Positions 1 to 12,622 of a DNA stretch of 50,406 nt are shown here, piece by piece (the stretch's first letter is position 1; every line of letters starts with the position of its first letter). The position numbers were made by a program, and so were the translations under genes. Source of the DNA: Octopus bimaculoides (Eukaryota); contig NC_068984.1 of assembly GCF_001194135.2 (NCBI RefSeq), positions 7,630,680-7,681,085 of the forward strand. Reading direction: 5' to 3'. A model generated the notes under the pieces. It made no database searches. It saw only the letters and a list, made by a program, of their open reading frames with translations, and was not told the origin of the DNA.

Positions 1-24
1 AAAGTTGTAACATATGAACATATT

Positions 25-396
25 TTTTTAGTTGATTCAGTTATTTGACTGCGACCATGCTGGAGCACCGCCTGTAGTCGAGCAAATCGACCTCAGGACT
101 TATTCCTTGTAAGCCTTTTTTGCCGAACCGCTAAGTTCCGGGGACGTAAACACACCAACATCAGTTGTCAAGCGATGTTGGGGGGACAAACACAGACACA
201 AAAACATATACATATACATACATATGTATATATATAGAAGGGCTTCTTTCAGTTTCCGTCTACCAAATCCACTCACAAGGTTTTGGTCTGCCCGAAGCTA
301 TAGTAGAAGACACCTGGCCAAGTTGCCACGCAGTGGGACTGAACCCGAACCACGCGGGTGGTAAGCAAGCTACCTACCACACAGCCACTCCTGCGC
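25..396 (-). mobile_element. SINE-A (tRNA-derived SINE with internal microsatellite), near full length
   Basis: Minus strand reads GGCGCAGGAGTGGCTGTGTGGTAGG (A-box-like) ... GGTTCAGTCCCACTGCGTGGC (B-box-like), then TATAGCTTCGGGC...GGAAACTGAAAGAAG, a TA/CA tract, and tail GGTGCTCCAGCATGGTCGCAGTC. The same modules recur >12 times in the window. Confidence 0.85.
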
Positions 397-1439
397 CTAT
401 GTTAACCTATATATATATATATATATNNNNNNNNNNNNNNNNNNNNNNNNNNNNNNNNNNNNNNNNNNNNNNNNNNNNNNNNNNNNNNNNNNNNNNNNNN
501 NNNNNNNNNNNNNNNNNNNNNNNNNNNNNNNNNNNNNNNNNNNNNNNNNNNNNNNNNNNNNNNNNNNNNNNNNNNNNNNNNNNNNNNNNNNNNNNNNNNN
601 NNNNNNNNNNNNNNNNNNNNNNNNNNNNNNNNNNNNNNNNNNNNNNNNNNNNNNNNNNNNNNNNNNNNNNNNNNNNNNNNNNNNNNNNNNNNNNNNNNNN
701 NNNNNNNNNNNNNNNNNNNNNNNNNNNNNNNNNNNNNNNNNNNNNNNNNNNNNNNNNNNNNNNNNNNNNNNNNNNNNNNNNNNNNNNNNNNNNNNNNNNN
801 NNNNNNNNNNNNNNNNNNNNNNNNNNNNNNNNNNNNNNNNNNNNNNNNNNNNNNNNNNNNNNNNNNNNNNNNNNNNNNNNNNNNNNNNNNNNNNNNNNNN
901 NNNNNNNNNNNNNNNNNNNNNNNNNNNNNNNNNNNNNNNNNNNNNNNNNNNNNNNNNNNNNNNNNNNNNNNNNNNNNNNNNNNNNNNNNNNNNNNNNNNN
1001 NNNNNNNNNNNNNNNNNNNNNNNNNNNNNNNNNNNNNNNNNNNNNNNNNNNNNNNNNNNNNNNNNNNNNNNNNNNNNNNNNNNNNNNNNNNNNNNNNNNN
1101 NNNNNNNNNNNNNNNNNNATATATATACATGCTACTACTACTATTAATAATAATATAATAACGAAAGAATGAATGAGACCTCGAAGAATTGCCGCCAAGC
1201 CTTTTGCTCGACGAGCAAATGATACCGCCAGCTCGCCACTGTAACCAATAAAACTGTTATTGATCGCAGGTCGAAAATTTGGGGGGGGGGCAGAGATTGT
1301 GTAGAATGTTTTTGGGGAGGGTATCATTCCTTAAACCATGTTGTAGATATCTGATCTGTAATTCCAGCATAACTTCCTTTGTTCTCTGTATTCTAATGTC
1401 AAAACTATTGACCACGTCCATACTTCATATGAATAACGA

Positions 1440-1850
1440 AATAATGAAATATTTAAATTCTTTCGGAATAGAGATTGGTTAGTGAACAGAACCTGGACTT
1501 GCTGTTGTAGTTCAAGAAAAAGTATTTTACCTTCAGTGTAACGTGCCACCTCACTAATGTAATCTCCACTAGCATATGCGCTATCAAGCCATAGGCGTTG
1601 ACCAGATCCACTGCAACACAGCAAGGTCCCTCTTTTCCTGGTGTGCTAGCTGTTTTAATACGCTTGTGCTGAAGTCATCCAGGAACTTCTAATATACCTT
1701 TCTTTACACAACAAACGTGACATTCAGGAGGTTCACGAACTTCTGCAGTGAAAGTCAGAAGATGAATCTTTGACATTACATTCACTTCTATTCTTTGTGT
1801 TGCAGTAAATCCTATTTCGCCACAATTGCCTTTTATCAAGTAGTTCTCCA
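1440..1850 (-). pseudogene. Decayed reverse transcriptase fragment of an R2-superfamily (HERO/NeSL-like) non-LTR retrotransposon
   Basis: Minus-strand translation across frameshifts gives NVKRFIF*LSLQKFVNLLN, KGILEVPG*LQH, SVLKQLAHQEKRDLAVL and VDLVNAYGLIAHMLVE. These match in order the RT motifs VEGKIFFS..RL, KGGIPG.PGCLEH and DLAVLWLDLANAYGSIPH. Confidence 0.7.
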
Positions 1851-1862
1851 CTTAACTTTCCA

Positions 1863-1913
1863 TTTCTCATGCTAAAGATATACTTCAGTTTCTCATGCTA
1901 AAGATATACTTCA
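1863..1913. repeat. 26-bp-period tandem duplication
   Basis: TTTCTCATGCTAAAGATATACTTCA at 1863-1887 and 1889-1913. Confidence 0.95.
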
Positions 1914-2043
1914 ATGTCTCATCAGATGACAGTATCTTGCACCATAAAATGCTTGGAAACCTTGTTGCTGTTCCTCGTATATATATCTATTTTGTATAAT
2001 TTTCCCATTATATACATACATACATACATACATGCATACACAC

Positions 2044-2082
<39 letters not shown>

Positions 2083-2099
2083 CTTGATCGCTAAACCCA

Positions 2100-2225
2100 C
2101 ACGTTATATTTTACTCTCTCTTTCTCTTTGTTTATTTTCTCGTATCTCTTTCCTTTTTGTTGAAGCTCAGAAGGTAAACGACTTTCTCACCCTCCTGAGC
2201 GTCAAACTAATACACCTGTCACCCT
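2100..2225 (+). mobile_element. Degenerate copy of PLE-terminus-like repeat (hammerhead family 3)
   Basis: Shares GACTTTCTCAC...GAGCGTCAAACTAATACACCTGT with 45020-45135. The ribozyme-like core is partly deleted. Confidence 0.65.
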
Positions 2226-2262
2226 CTTTTATTTTTCTGTAAATTTCATCTATATGAATATA

Positions 2263-2327
<65 letters not shown>

Positions 2328-2629
2328 GCATCAAACCAGGAGACAGAAAAAAAATTGGTATTATTTATTCACCATTACACATGTTTCATTTTATAATAGT
2401 AGTTACAAAATTGCACGTGTCGGAGAAACAAGTAAGAAGTCCCCTGTTAGAAATCCTTCAGACAGAGAATCAAATAATCCAAAATTTACATTTGGATGAA
2501 GCTCATGAAAAATATACAAATATCTACGTGCTGACGCCGTTAAACTTCCATTGAATTATTTCATACTAAGTTAATGAAGATATGGAAACATTGTATTGCA
2601 TAGACAGGAGTGTCACTCTGTGTGAATAA

Positions 2630-2715
2630 TGCATGGAACGATCATGGCTGGACAGACCTTATCAAAATGTGGGTCGATAAAGGCTAGGCAGGTTTTAAAT
2701 AGCAGCAACAACAAC
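2630..2715. repeat. Short dispersed repeat tail (related pieces at ~9245-9300, ~26880-26955, ~32810-32880)
   Basis: Loosely shared pattern GGAT.GTCA.GG.TG.AA...TTTGATCATA.G...G.TC.GATCAG.G..GA..TG.GG.TAAACAAC. Confidence 0.45.
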
Positions 2716-2949
2716 TCTAAAACGTGTTGTTTATTCATGTATAGAGCAAAATGAGTTCATTTACGATTGTTTGAAAACACCTTAAACATGTCTGAGACTA
2801 TCTAGCTGATTGTAATTATTTCCTTCGGTTTCAGGATTCTGTCCTCTATGTACTACCCTGCAGCGGGCTTATTAATTGAAACGAGATTGCCTTTCTTAAA
2901 ACGGAACACTAATCAATTTCTAATGAGATGACTTCGTATTACAATCAAA

Positions 2950-3330
2950 ATTCTCTTTCGTCTCATTTCTCTCTTCTACTGACAATCTATTTCCATAGTT
3001 TACTATATTAAATTGTTTCCCTCTGACCAAGTATATTCACACCAATACACCATGCTCCTACAGCCCCATTTTCCTATACCATCACATACACACCTCCCCC
3101 ATGCACATATTTGTAAACGGACACCCTCCTATATATGACTATATATGAATACACCAACCGCCACTTTCTCTTTTCCTAACTCTTCTACAGGCAACCACAT
3201 TCCCACCTGACGTCTAAGTTTTTTTTTTCACCTACCGTTCCTTCACAACTTTAACCATTCTTTTTATTAGAATCCGAAACGTTAGGGATTCTTTCCCTTC
3301 CTTTTAAATATTAGTCTGATAACGCCTTTG
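2950..3330 (-). pseudogene. Possible highly decayed APE endonuclease remnant of a CR1/L2-like LINE
   Basis: Minus-strand pieces KKNLDV, (V)GMWL and YRRVSVYKYVHGGGVYVMV resemble the APE motifs D(V/I)I..TETWL and R..R...GGGV.I.V. Many stops and frameshifts. Confidence 0.3.
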
Positions 3331-5764
3331 TTAAAACCTCTCGTTTTGTTTCCTAATATATACCAGTTTGTCTCTCCTTCAGATTCCCTAGTGAATCCCA
3401 TACGATGAACAGTCGGTAGGTACATACATTTATCATGCATTTGTAAGTCTGCATTAATGATATAAAGAAAATAGACGACTCCATGTTAGCTTGTAATCGA
3501 CTGATCTGATCAATTAATAACTAATTTATTTAACCTTTTCAATATAAAGCCATAAGTTTAGAGATAAGGATCTGCTATATTCCTTCAACCTTCTTGGCCT
3601 CAATTATCGGCTGCAACTATGATTCTCACACAATTAGGTATTTACGACAACATCTATTTAATGAATCTCTCATGTTTCTCTCATTATGTTTCTCTACGAT
3701 CGCCATTAGTATAATTTTCTACTTGAAAGACTTCTGAGTGGTATACACACACTCTCAACTTTCTACCGTCTTGTAATTAAGCCCTATACCCTCTATGGAA
3801 CATATTATATCAAAAACTGCTCTCTACTCTTCCGGGTTCTGGTCTGTCTTTTTTGCTTCTCTACAATTGCATCCCTACATTTTCAGCCTTCTCTGCGCAA
3901 CTCTTATGGAGTCTATCCCAACTTACACTTCAGGTATATGTTTCCTTATGACAAAGCATTCCTTTCCTAGGTCTTGTCTGCTCTGAATTATCGTCAATGA
4001 TTCCGGAACCTTGCTTTCTTTTATTCTTGGGAGAGCTGTTGGTTCTACGCAAACTCATTTTTACCTCTGGAGAGAGATGGTCCACATTAGTCGGTCCTGT
4101 ATGCTTTCACATGTCGAGCATAGCTCGGGAGACTCTACAAGACGCTGGCGTGGCTCTCGGGTTCATTAATAGAGACAAGCCACCACAGCGCAACAAGGAA
4201 CGGAACTTGTAGCGGACTTTCTGTCATGGTGAGGATGAAGTGCAGTTAATTCGTGGTTATTTTTTGTGATGAAAAAGAATAGACAATCCCACACTAATCC
4301 CGTAAATTCTATCTTCGTAATATATCTAATGAACAAAGTTACAGGTGAAGACATCCTGAAGATTTCCAAAAAGGGTGAAACAGTTCTATGCGTGACCACC
4401 GCAAACTAGAAATCGTGAGAACTTCGTTATAGATACAGTAAAATAATTTAAGTTGCTTACGTGTGTGTGTGTGTGTGTGTGTGTGTGTTAGTGTAGGTGT
4501 ACGCGTGTGGAGGTGTGAGTGTGTATGCGAATTCTATGAAATTTGTGAATTTTATATTCGTTGATTTTAAATTTTGAATCCATCTCACTCACTAGTTACC
4601 TCCCTTTGCAATAACAGTTTCCAGCGGGCGCCACGCGTACAGCTAAATTATTTTGTCCGAACGTGTACATTTTTCAGTGGAATAAAAAGTTTAATCGAAG
4701 AGAACCTAGACACAATGGGTGATTTAAAACTATTCAGAATTAATCTTTAAAATGATTGATTTTATAAATCATTCAGAAACATCGTTGCTGTGTCTAAACA
4801 AATGTTATGTCATGAATATATTTCGATTCTATCCAGAAAAAGCCACATATTCTTCAGCGGCCGATCCAATCCTTTTCTTTATCCCTTGTTTATATACTGT
4901 ATGTCATTCCACTTCTATACACCAAGAATATGTTCTTTTCAACCCACATGTTTGTCTTCTTTGTGTCACTTCGCTTACATTCTGTTAGACACGTCGTCTC
5001 TTCCTTCCATCAAAACTATTCTACCAACTTTCACTTTATACATCATTCCTTTACACAACTAAACTCTGTAATAAAATAACGAAATAAAGAAGACAGAGAT
5101 GTTTTCAATGCGTCAAAAGGAAAAGTTTAGTAACCTTTATAAATTTCAGGCAAAATGGCCCATCACCGGATGGGAATAGAATAAAGAAGAGAATGCGAAT
5201 CTATACCAACAAAACCATATTCTGCGTTGTGCAGGCCTTTGTGTCGGAATATATAAAGGTTATTAATTCTCGTCTTCATAGTAGGCTCACCATCTTAACT
5301 ATTTTGTTATTTTACTTCTGTATTACATTCCTTCAAGCAAACTACGACGCGTTTCTAAACTCTACGTGTTTATGTTTCTCCCCTAACACTGCATTTGGTC
5401 GAGTATTTGGTTTTCAATAGAATATATTTGTATCCTTACATGTTACCGTTATAAGTATGCCTATAAAGTAACTATGCTTTATGTACATGATTCGTTAGAC
5501 AATAACGATAGATATTCCATAGCCTAATATCTCATAATATTCCTCGATAATATAAAGCTGTACACAAAGAGTCTGTAAATTTGTTTATGAAACTGAAATC
5601 GAGAAATATTTTTTTTAAAACGTTTTAAAAGTCTGCATCTGGTGATCCAGTCACAGAAAAAAAATATTATTATCACGTGACTTTCACTTACTAGGTATAG
5701 ATCAGTAAAGTGAAAAATTTGGTTAAATACATTCTGTGTATAATATATGAAAGGTTCATGGTCA

Positions 5765-5972
5765 TGAGCCAGCGGAATCGTTAGAACTCCTCGCCAAGTG
5801 CTGAGCGGCATTTCGTTAATCTTCGCATTCTGATTTCAAACACCTCCGGGTTCGACTTTGCCTTTCGTCCTTTAGGGGTCGAGAACATAAATACCACTTG
5901 CAGACTGAGTTCAGTGCAACCGATTGACCCACTTCCTTCGAAATGGCTGGCTTTGTGCTAAAATTTTAATCT
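5765..5972 (+). mobile_element. SINE-B (tRNA-derived), diverged copy
   Basis: GAATCGTTAG...TTCAAA...TTCGACTTTGCCTTTCGTCCTTTAGGGGTCGA matches the family consensus seen at 44298-44516. Confidence 0.8.
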
Positions 5973-5999
5973 AATCTTAAAGGTGATGTTGACCTTTTT

Positions 6000-7385
6000 G
6001 TGGCTGTGGTTAGGAAAGTCTTGACGATATTAATTTAAGTAATAAACTTAAATGTTGCTTCGTAATAAAAAATATGAAGTGGTGTAATGTTCGGGGCGAT
6101 ACGGTTTTGTGTCATACGAAGAATCGTATCGATATTTTGCAGGAAATATTATTTGCAAGGCTAGCATTATCTAAAATTGAGATAATATTCGATAATGATC
6201 GTTTTACGATGTTCCAGAATAACATTTACGCTGAATTTGGTAGATTGCAATAAAAATTTGATTGGGCCTTGCTTGTTATTGTGGTTAATGATTTGGGATA
6301 TGAAATTCCATTGAATCTAACTGATTTGAGGAATTTACTTGCAATAAATATTTATCGTATTACTTTCATTTTGCATTTATCTTTGATAGAGAGGTCTAAT
6401 ATAAAATATTAATGTAACGAAATCAAAACTTATAACGGTGGAAATAACGATAAATGAAATGGCCGGTAACGGGTGTGTAAAAAAGAAGCTTAATATGCCC
6501 TAAAATAGGGAGGCAAATATAAGTATATAAAAGTCATTGAATCTGATGTAGGTATGTAATCGATAATCGTAAAAATAGATGGTCCAAAATGGAATCAAGC
6601 ATAAATCATTGAACGAACTAATTTGGAAAAAAGGAGTCCATTGCACACATTTTCCAAATGTTTTATAAGAATATAAATTATAACATACGTTGTATCTATT
6701 GAAGAAAGGATACTAACGCGGCAAGAAAGTTTCAAAATAGAATTAACCTGAAACGACGAATGTAATAAAAACTGTGATCGATAAACTTTAGAGAACAAAC
6801 ACAGAATCTGTGGAAAAGGAAACGAAAGCACCGAACATTTCTTGAGGAAATGCAGTAAGTTAGCTCTAAAATATATCAGAAGGCATGTTTGTTTATGTGA
6901 AAGGTTGCATAGGGATGTTAACTAAGTGTGTAGCTTGGGAATAGCAGAAAAATGGTATGAGAACGAATCACAGGCAGTGATTGTGAATTTTAATTTATAA
7001 GAGTTTATGAAACTTCCGTTAAGATCAGCCACACTATTGAAGTAAAAAGACAAGACAAGCTTATAGATGACAAAAGAATCAAACAATGTGATTGTAGGCA
7101 TTGCACTACCTTTTGATGACTGAGTGAGTATTAAATAATTGAAAATTTGAGAAACATCAGGACCAAGCTAAAAAAGATTAAGAGTTTCTGGAAGACTAAG
7201 ACGACTAATTCCTGTGGTAATGCTACACTTATCACAACTCCTCCCAAACGGCTAAGACGCTGAAAGATATTGAGACTCGCATTGTTGATCAGCAGAAAAA
7301 AACTAATCTTGCTTTCTACATGGTTTCTAAATATATTTCTTGAGAGTTGAGGAGATTTATTATCACCAACCACGACAAATTCCAT
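6000..7385 (+). pseudogene. Decayed 3' half of an R4/Dong-clade non-LTR retrotransposon (RT thumb, zinc knuckle, restriction-like endonuclease)
   Basis: Translated pieces in order: EESYRY, WKKG.H, RICGKGNESTEHFLRKCSKLA (CxxC-H-C knuckle), AEKWYENE.QAV, HTIE..RQD, IALPFDD, EKFEKHQD, IPVV, and a C-terminus ending VLES*. Typical of R4-clade REL elements. Confidence 0.8.
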
Positions 7386-7440
7386 GCTAACTCTTTAAGC
7401 ATAGAATAGCTATACACATTATAATATAACTCTTTTAAAT

Positions 7441-7785
7441 TTTAGAACAAGGCCAGCAATTTTAGCAAAAGGGAAGTTAGTCTATTACATCGATCCCAGG
7501 ATTTATTTTATCTGTTTTGACAAGGCAAAGTTGACCATCGCAGCATTTGAACTCAAAACGTAAAGTGCTGATACAAGTCCAGCAACTTTGAGGGAAGAAC
7601 AGTTATTTGTGCCACTAAACCCAGTGCTGAACTGGTACTTTATTTTGAGGGGAGGGCATCAATCGATACATCCGACTCAAGTACTCGAATGGATATTTAG
7701 TTTATCGATGCCGGTGTTAAGCACAAGTGAATCCTCGTGATTAAGTCGAACTTGGTAGCATTTCAGCTCAGAACTGAAACCACCG
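7441..7785 (-). mobile_element. SINE-B fragments (clustered)
   Basis: ACAAGGCCAGCAATTTT...TTACATCGATCCCAG...GGCAAAGTTGACC...TTTGAACTCAAAACG is the reverse complement of the SINE-B body and tail. Further partial pieces follow. Confidence 0.65.
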
Positions 7786-9024
7786 GTAAAGTGTTTATGA
7801 GTCCAGCTGTTTGTATTTGTTTGTGCTCTGTCTTCAAATGCGGCCGAGTTTAATTTTGTCTTTCATCCTCCGCATTAAAACAGAAGTAAAAATAAAGTTA
7901 ACTGCTGGATCAATCCCCCGTAATGCGTTTTCCCAACGTGGTAACGATTCTTTCAGCTCATTGCTTAACTCCACTTTGATTGAAACTAGCTACAAGTACA
8001 CAGAAATTATATACTTCTACAAGATCGCATATTACCGACAGTCAGCATTCTAGTTAAAGATTTTCAGGACTGATATGATACATGAAACTGCACGTATTTA
8101 CAGAGTCTGCCCTATATGTATATATAAAAAATTATTTAAAAGAAGTAGACTAGGATTAATGAAATAATCTGAGATAAACAAAATAAAGTGGTTAATATAA
8201 TAAAAGTAGAAAGAAAAAAAAACCTATTTTGTTCTATATTGTATTACGAAGCAATTAGATGAAAACCACAAAGTAAACAGGCCGGGAGGGGGGAATACTT
8301 ATCCACACAATATAAAATAACGCGGGAGTAAACAGAAGAAGGGAAAAAATGAAAGGAAATAATAAATGCAGAAATTAAAAATAAAGAAAAAGGAAAAAGG
8401 TATTTGTTGATGGAGAAGTAAGCTAGTTTCAAAGAAATGAATAGAAAACTCCGGACTATAAAAACGGACAAAGAAGACTTGATTTCAAGTGTTCAGGATT
8501 ATTGGTTGCTAACAAAGACACGCATTTGAGCATAATATGAAATCAAGAGGCTAATGGCGTTAACAGAATGTGAAATTATCGTTGATACAATTGACGATTA
8601 ATCCTTATCTGAATCAACTTTAGTTTCTGTGGTGATGGCTAGATGAGAAACACGCCTTACCAGGGATAGCTTGCTATTCTGTCGAACGTAGGTGTTTCTG
8701 CAGTCAGGGAAATTCTGGATAAGGAGCTGACAGCCATTAAAATACCAGTTTATACATAAGTACTATTGATACTTGCAGGTCTGCGGTGTATTGTGTGCCA
8801 AGAAGGAAGCATCTAGTTGACCGTTTAATTTGCCAGAAATAGTTAACAACTTTCCCTTAAACCATGTTATTCCCTCTTAAACTGCCAAAAGCAATACACT
8901 AAATAATATACTCCTCCTTTTTTTCTTGAGCCCTGAGACTCAGAGGGCTGGTTACCCGTTTCCATAACATATAAGTGACCGAGATTACATTCTCCCTGAA
9001 CGGGACAGCGGTCTGTTGTAGGGT

Positions 9025-9212
9025 TCGAATTTTGAAGGGAGGGGACAAGTCGATTAGTTTGACCCCAACGCATGAGTAGTAATTTATTTTATTGACCACC
9101 CACCATAGGGATATGAAAGACTCCGGCATTTGGACTCAGAACTTAAAGAGTTAGAAGGAATATAAACAGGTATTTTGGTCCTATGTACTAACGATCCAAC
9201 CAGCTAACCACT
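9025..9212 (-). mobile_element. SINE-B, diverged
   Basis: AATTTTGAAGGGAGGGGACAAGTCGATTAG...GACTCAGAAC...CTAACGATCCAACCAGCT. Confidence 0.65.
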
Positions 9213-9676
9213 TTAAAATGCTCCCGGAAAATCGAATTTTTATGACTGAGAAGTCTTTAATGAAAGACTTGTTCGATCAGGGTTGATTTGTAGCTAAACA
9301 ATTAGTCTAAAGTAGGTGATACTGGTCCTTGTTGAATCCGAACCTCAAAACATTTAGATGATTGCTTAAAAAGTTATCCACTTGGCCATAGATTTTATAA
9401 AGTGGACGCATAAAATAAGCCATGTTTAAATTAATCGAATCACCTTCTCTTAGGATGAGAAGCATCTATTGATTCCAGGTAATAAACAGGAAAAGTGCTA
9501 GTGAAGAGTAATAAGGAGGACTACAAATGGATATTTCTTTGGGACGAGAGAATAATTGGTTTTATGGACTGAGAAAAGAGAAAGGAAATGACACCAATTT
9601 TTATCCCATCAAAACCGTAAGATATTCTTAATAATCTTATTGATGTCACCATATGTTTTTAACAATAGGAACACAC

Positions 9677-9950
9677 ATTGCTGAGTGGTTAAGAAACTTC
9701 CTTTGCATCCACGTGGTCTCAGGTTCAATCACACTGCTCGGAACTTTAGTCTTCTATGCCCCGGCACACCCAGAGCCTTGTGAGTGAATTTAGGACACCA
9801 AAACTCAGAGGAGACTTGATGTATGTGTGTGTGTGCTTGTGTGCGAGCGTGTAGGTGTGTGCACATGTGTGCATATGTGTGTGTGTGTGTTTGTGCGTGA
9901 GTATGTGTGTTTTATGCGCATGTGTGTGCGTGTGTGCGTGTGTATGTGCT
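9677..9950 (+). mobile_element. SINE-A 5' half running into a (GT)n tract
   Basis: GCTGAGTGGTTAAGAAAC...GGTTCAATCACACTGC...GCCTTGTGAGTGAATTT, followed by GT-rich microsatellite. Confidence 0.65.
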
Positions 9951-10139
9951 TTGTGAGCCTCAATTTCACCACCAAAAGTTGGAGTCACGTGTTGACATCA
10001 TGAGGCTGGATATAATCTCCGCTTTCTGAGCCTCAATCCACCAGCCAAAGTCACGTGTTGAAATCATGGGGCCCGACTTAATCTCCGCTTTCTGAGCCTC
10101 AGTCTCACCAGCAAAAGCCGGAGTCATGTGTTGAAATCA
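9948..10139. repeat. Minisatellite, ~2.7 units of 66-73 bp
   Basis: Units start GCTTT(G/C)TGAGCCTCA at 9948, 10021 and 10087. Each has AGTCA(C/T)GTGTTGA(A/C)ATCA. Confidence 0.9.
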
Positions 10140-10279
10140 ATCTGTGTTTGACAGTGAATTGAAATATGAATCCATTTCAATAAATTCCCTGATTAAATCA
10201 TTGTACGAAGACTAGGTGTTCGGCATGAGATATACCTTAATAATTTTATGAAGCTTCTTATTATATACCACAACAGTCA

Positions 10280-10615
10280 CTTGCTTTGCAACCACTTGTT
10301 TCATCGTTCATACCACGGCGCGGCACCTTAACCAAGCATCTTCTATTATTGCTTAAGGCAGACCAATGCTTCTTAAGTGAATTTGGTAGATGAAAACTGG
10401 GAGGAATATGTCGTATATGTGTATGTGTTTACGTTGAGTTTGCCCCTCAACCGGTTTTTAGCAACCGGTATTGATTTGTTTACGTATCTGTGACCTAACG
10501 GTTCAGCAGAAAAGAACCTGGGAGAATAAGTAGCAGACTTTGAAACAAATACTTACTGGGTTCGATTTGTGCGATTAGTCCCCAGCACGACTGCAGTACA
10601 ATAAAGACAGAATCG
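10280..10615 (+). mobile_element. SINE-A, old diverged copy
   Basis: GCGCGGCACCTT...GAATTTGGTAGATGAAAACTG...GCAACCGGT...GGTTCAGCAGAAAAG...GTTCGATTTG...CCCCAGCACGACTGCAGT. Confidence 0.6.
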
Positions 10616-10807
10616 ATAATAGAATCCCTCCGCAAAATAAGGGGCTACACGAACACAATGAATTACAGGAAAACAAGAATTTCTTTCAAAACATTAACAA
10701 GTCAACCAAACGAAGACAAAGAAATAATCTAATTCACACAAGAAAACAACACCAAAGAATTCCTGAAAGAGAAGATGAAGGAACGCGAAAATGGATATTA
10801 ATAATTA

Positions 10808-11330
10808 TGCCTTTCATCCTTTTGGGGTCGATAAATTAAGTACCAGCTGTGTACTAGGGTCGATCTAATGCACTAGCTCCCTTCCCCAAAAATTTCAGGC
10901 CTTGTGCCTAGAGTAGAAAAGAATCGTTAGCACGCCGAACAAAATTCGTCCGTCTTTAAGAAATGAGTTCAAATTCCGCCGGGGTCAACTTTGCCTTCCA
11001 TCTTTTAGGGCTCGATGAAATAACTATCAGCTAAGACTGGAGGTCAGTATAATCGAACTACCCCCCGACTAAAACTGTTGGCTTTTGCCAAAATTCGAAA
11101 CTAAAGGCGGCGTGCTGGCAATGGCTGTTACGAAGCCCGACAAAATGCTTGACGGCATTTCTTCCGACTTTACGTTTTGAGTTCAAATATTCCGCTATGG
11201 TCGACTTTGCTTTCATCTTCTTGGGATCGATAAAATAAGTACCAGTTGAGTAATGATGTCGATGTAATTGACTTAACGCTCCCCCCCCCCAAAAAAAATT
11301 GCTGTCGGTGTGCCAAAATTTAAAACCAAT
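10808..11330 (+). mobile_element. Three head-to-tail SINE-B copies (first is 3' half)
   Basis: GCCTTTCATC..TTGGGGTCGAT...AAGTACCAG recurs at ~10810, ~10990 and ~11210, with tails GGCCTTGTGCC/GTGCCAAAATT. Confidence 0.8.
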
Positions 11331-11366
11331 AGTTTACCAATAGTTTATAGCGGTGAGGAAGATGAC

Positions 11367-11404
11367 CGTGATGATGATGATGATGATGATGATGATGACG
11401 ATGA
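11367..11404. repeat. (GAT)n microsatellite
   Basis: Direct reading; source of the poly-M ORF. Confidence 0.95.
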
Positions 11405-12622
11405 CTATATATAAGACAAATATTAAGAGATGGAGAAATACAAGCAAGAGAGACACTATAGCAATACTTAAAAAAAAAACTATTTATTTCAACAAATGTA
11501 ATTCTAGAATACAGAGTAATGAAAACGATATGAAGGAGAGGTTATTTATGAATCGCTTTAGCATGAAATGAGAAACTTGAAAAATCGATGAAGAAATCCA
11601 ATTGCATTCGTTTCAAATGATATATAGTAGTTATTAACTAAATATACATTGACGCTGTTGTTTTAAGAAACGGTGCGAATTGCTCCTATTTCCGGATAAA
11701 ACATAGATTTTGCCATTATCATCATCAAATTTGTAAGATGTCTAAAAAAGTTAATTTATAATTTTATCTTCCAAACGGAAAAGAGAAAATAAAGTTGATT
11801 TCAATTTGTTTCTCGAGTACGGTTGTATAAACCAAGATTAAAGTCCCGAAAGCACCAAGAACAAACAAACAAACAAAAATTATGCAATTAATTATTTAGA
11901 CAAAGCGAACACGGTCTGAGATTTGAAACGCATCTAAATTTGAAAGGTATCATGTATTCACCTCTTTTCTCAAAAGCCCATTAGGAAATTTGAATGTAAT
12001 GGAGTGAAATATCTTACGTCAGGAAGAGAAATCGTAGGATGGATTCCGTTTTCAGAACACTTTCCAGCTGCTAGAATAAGCCACAGATACAAAAAGTAAA
12101 AATAATAGGTTCTCCAATGTAACAAACAAATTCTGGCACATTCATACGCTCACTAACAGTCTCTCTCTTTCTCTCATCCACACTGCCATGTGCATACACG
12201 CGCATTAATAAGCACATACACATATATCTACAACATATATATNNNNNNNNNNNNNNNNNNNNNNNNNNNNNNNNNNNNNNNNNNNNNNNNNNNNNNNNNN
12301 NNNNNNNNNNNNNNNNNNNNNNNNNNNNNNNNNNNNNNNNNNNNNNNNNNNNNNNNNNNNNNNNNNNNNNNNNNNNNNNNNNNNNNNNNNNNNNNNNNNN
12401 NNNNNNNNNNNNNNNNNNNNNNNNNNNNNNNNNNNNNNNNNNNNNNNNNNNNNNNNNNNNNNNNNNNNNNNNNNNNNNNNNNNNNNNNNNNNNNNNNNNN
12501 NNNNNNNNNNNNNNNNNNNNNNNNNNNNNNNNNNNNNNNNNNNNNNNNNNNNNNNNNNNNNNNNNNNNNNNNNNNNNNNNATATATATGCGCGCAAATGT
12601 ATGTGTGTGTGAAATATATATA

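Noticed and set aside
165-1327. Long ORFs (335, 306, 242 aa) and similar ones at the other N-gaps
   Set aside because: Artefacts of N runs and (TA)n/(CA)n repeats; no real protein content.
1915-1960. Minus-strand WCKILSSDET, resembling Tc1 W..VLWSDET
   Set aside because: A single 10-residue match with no supporting context.
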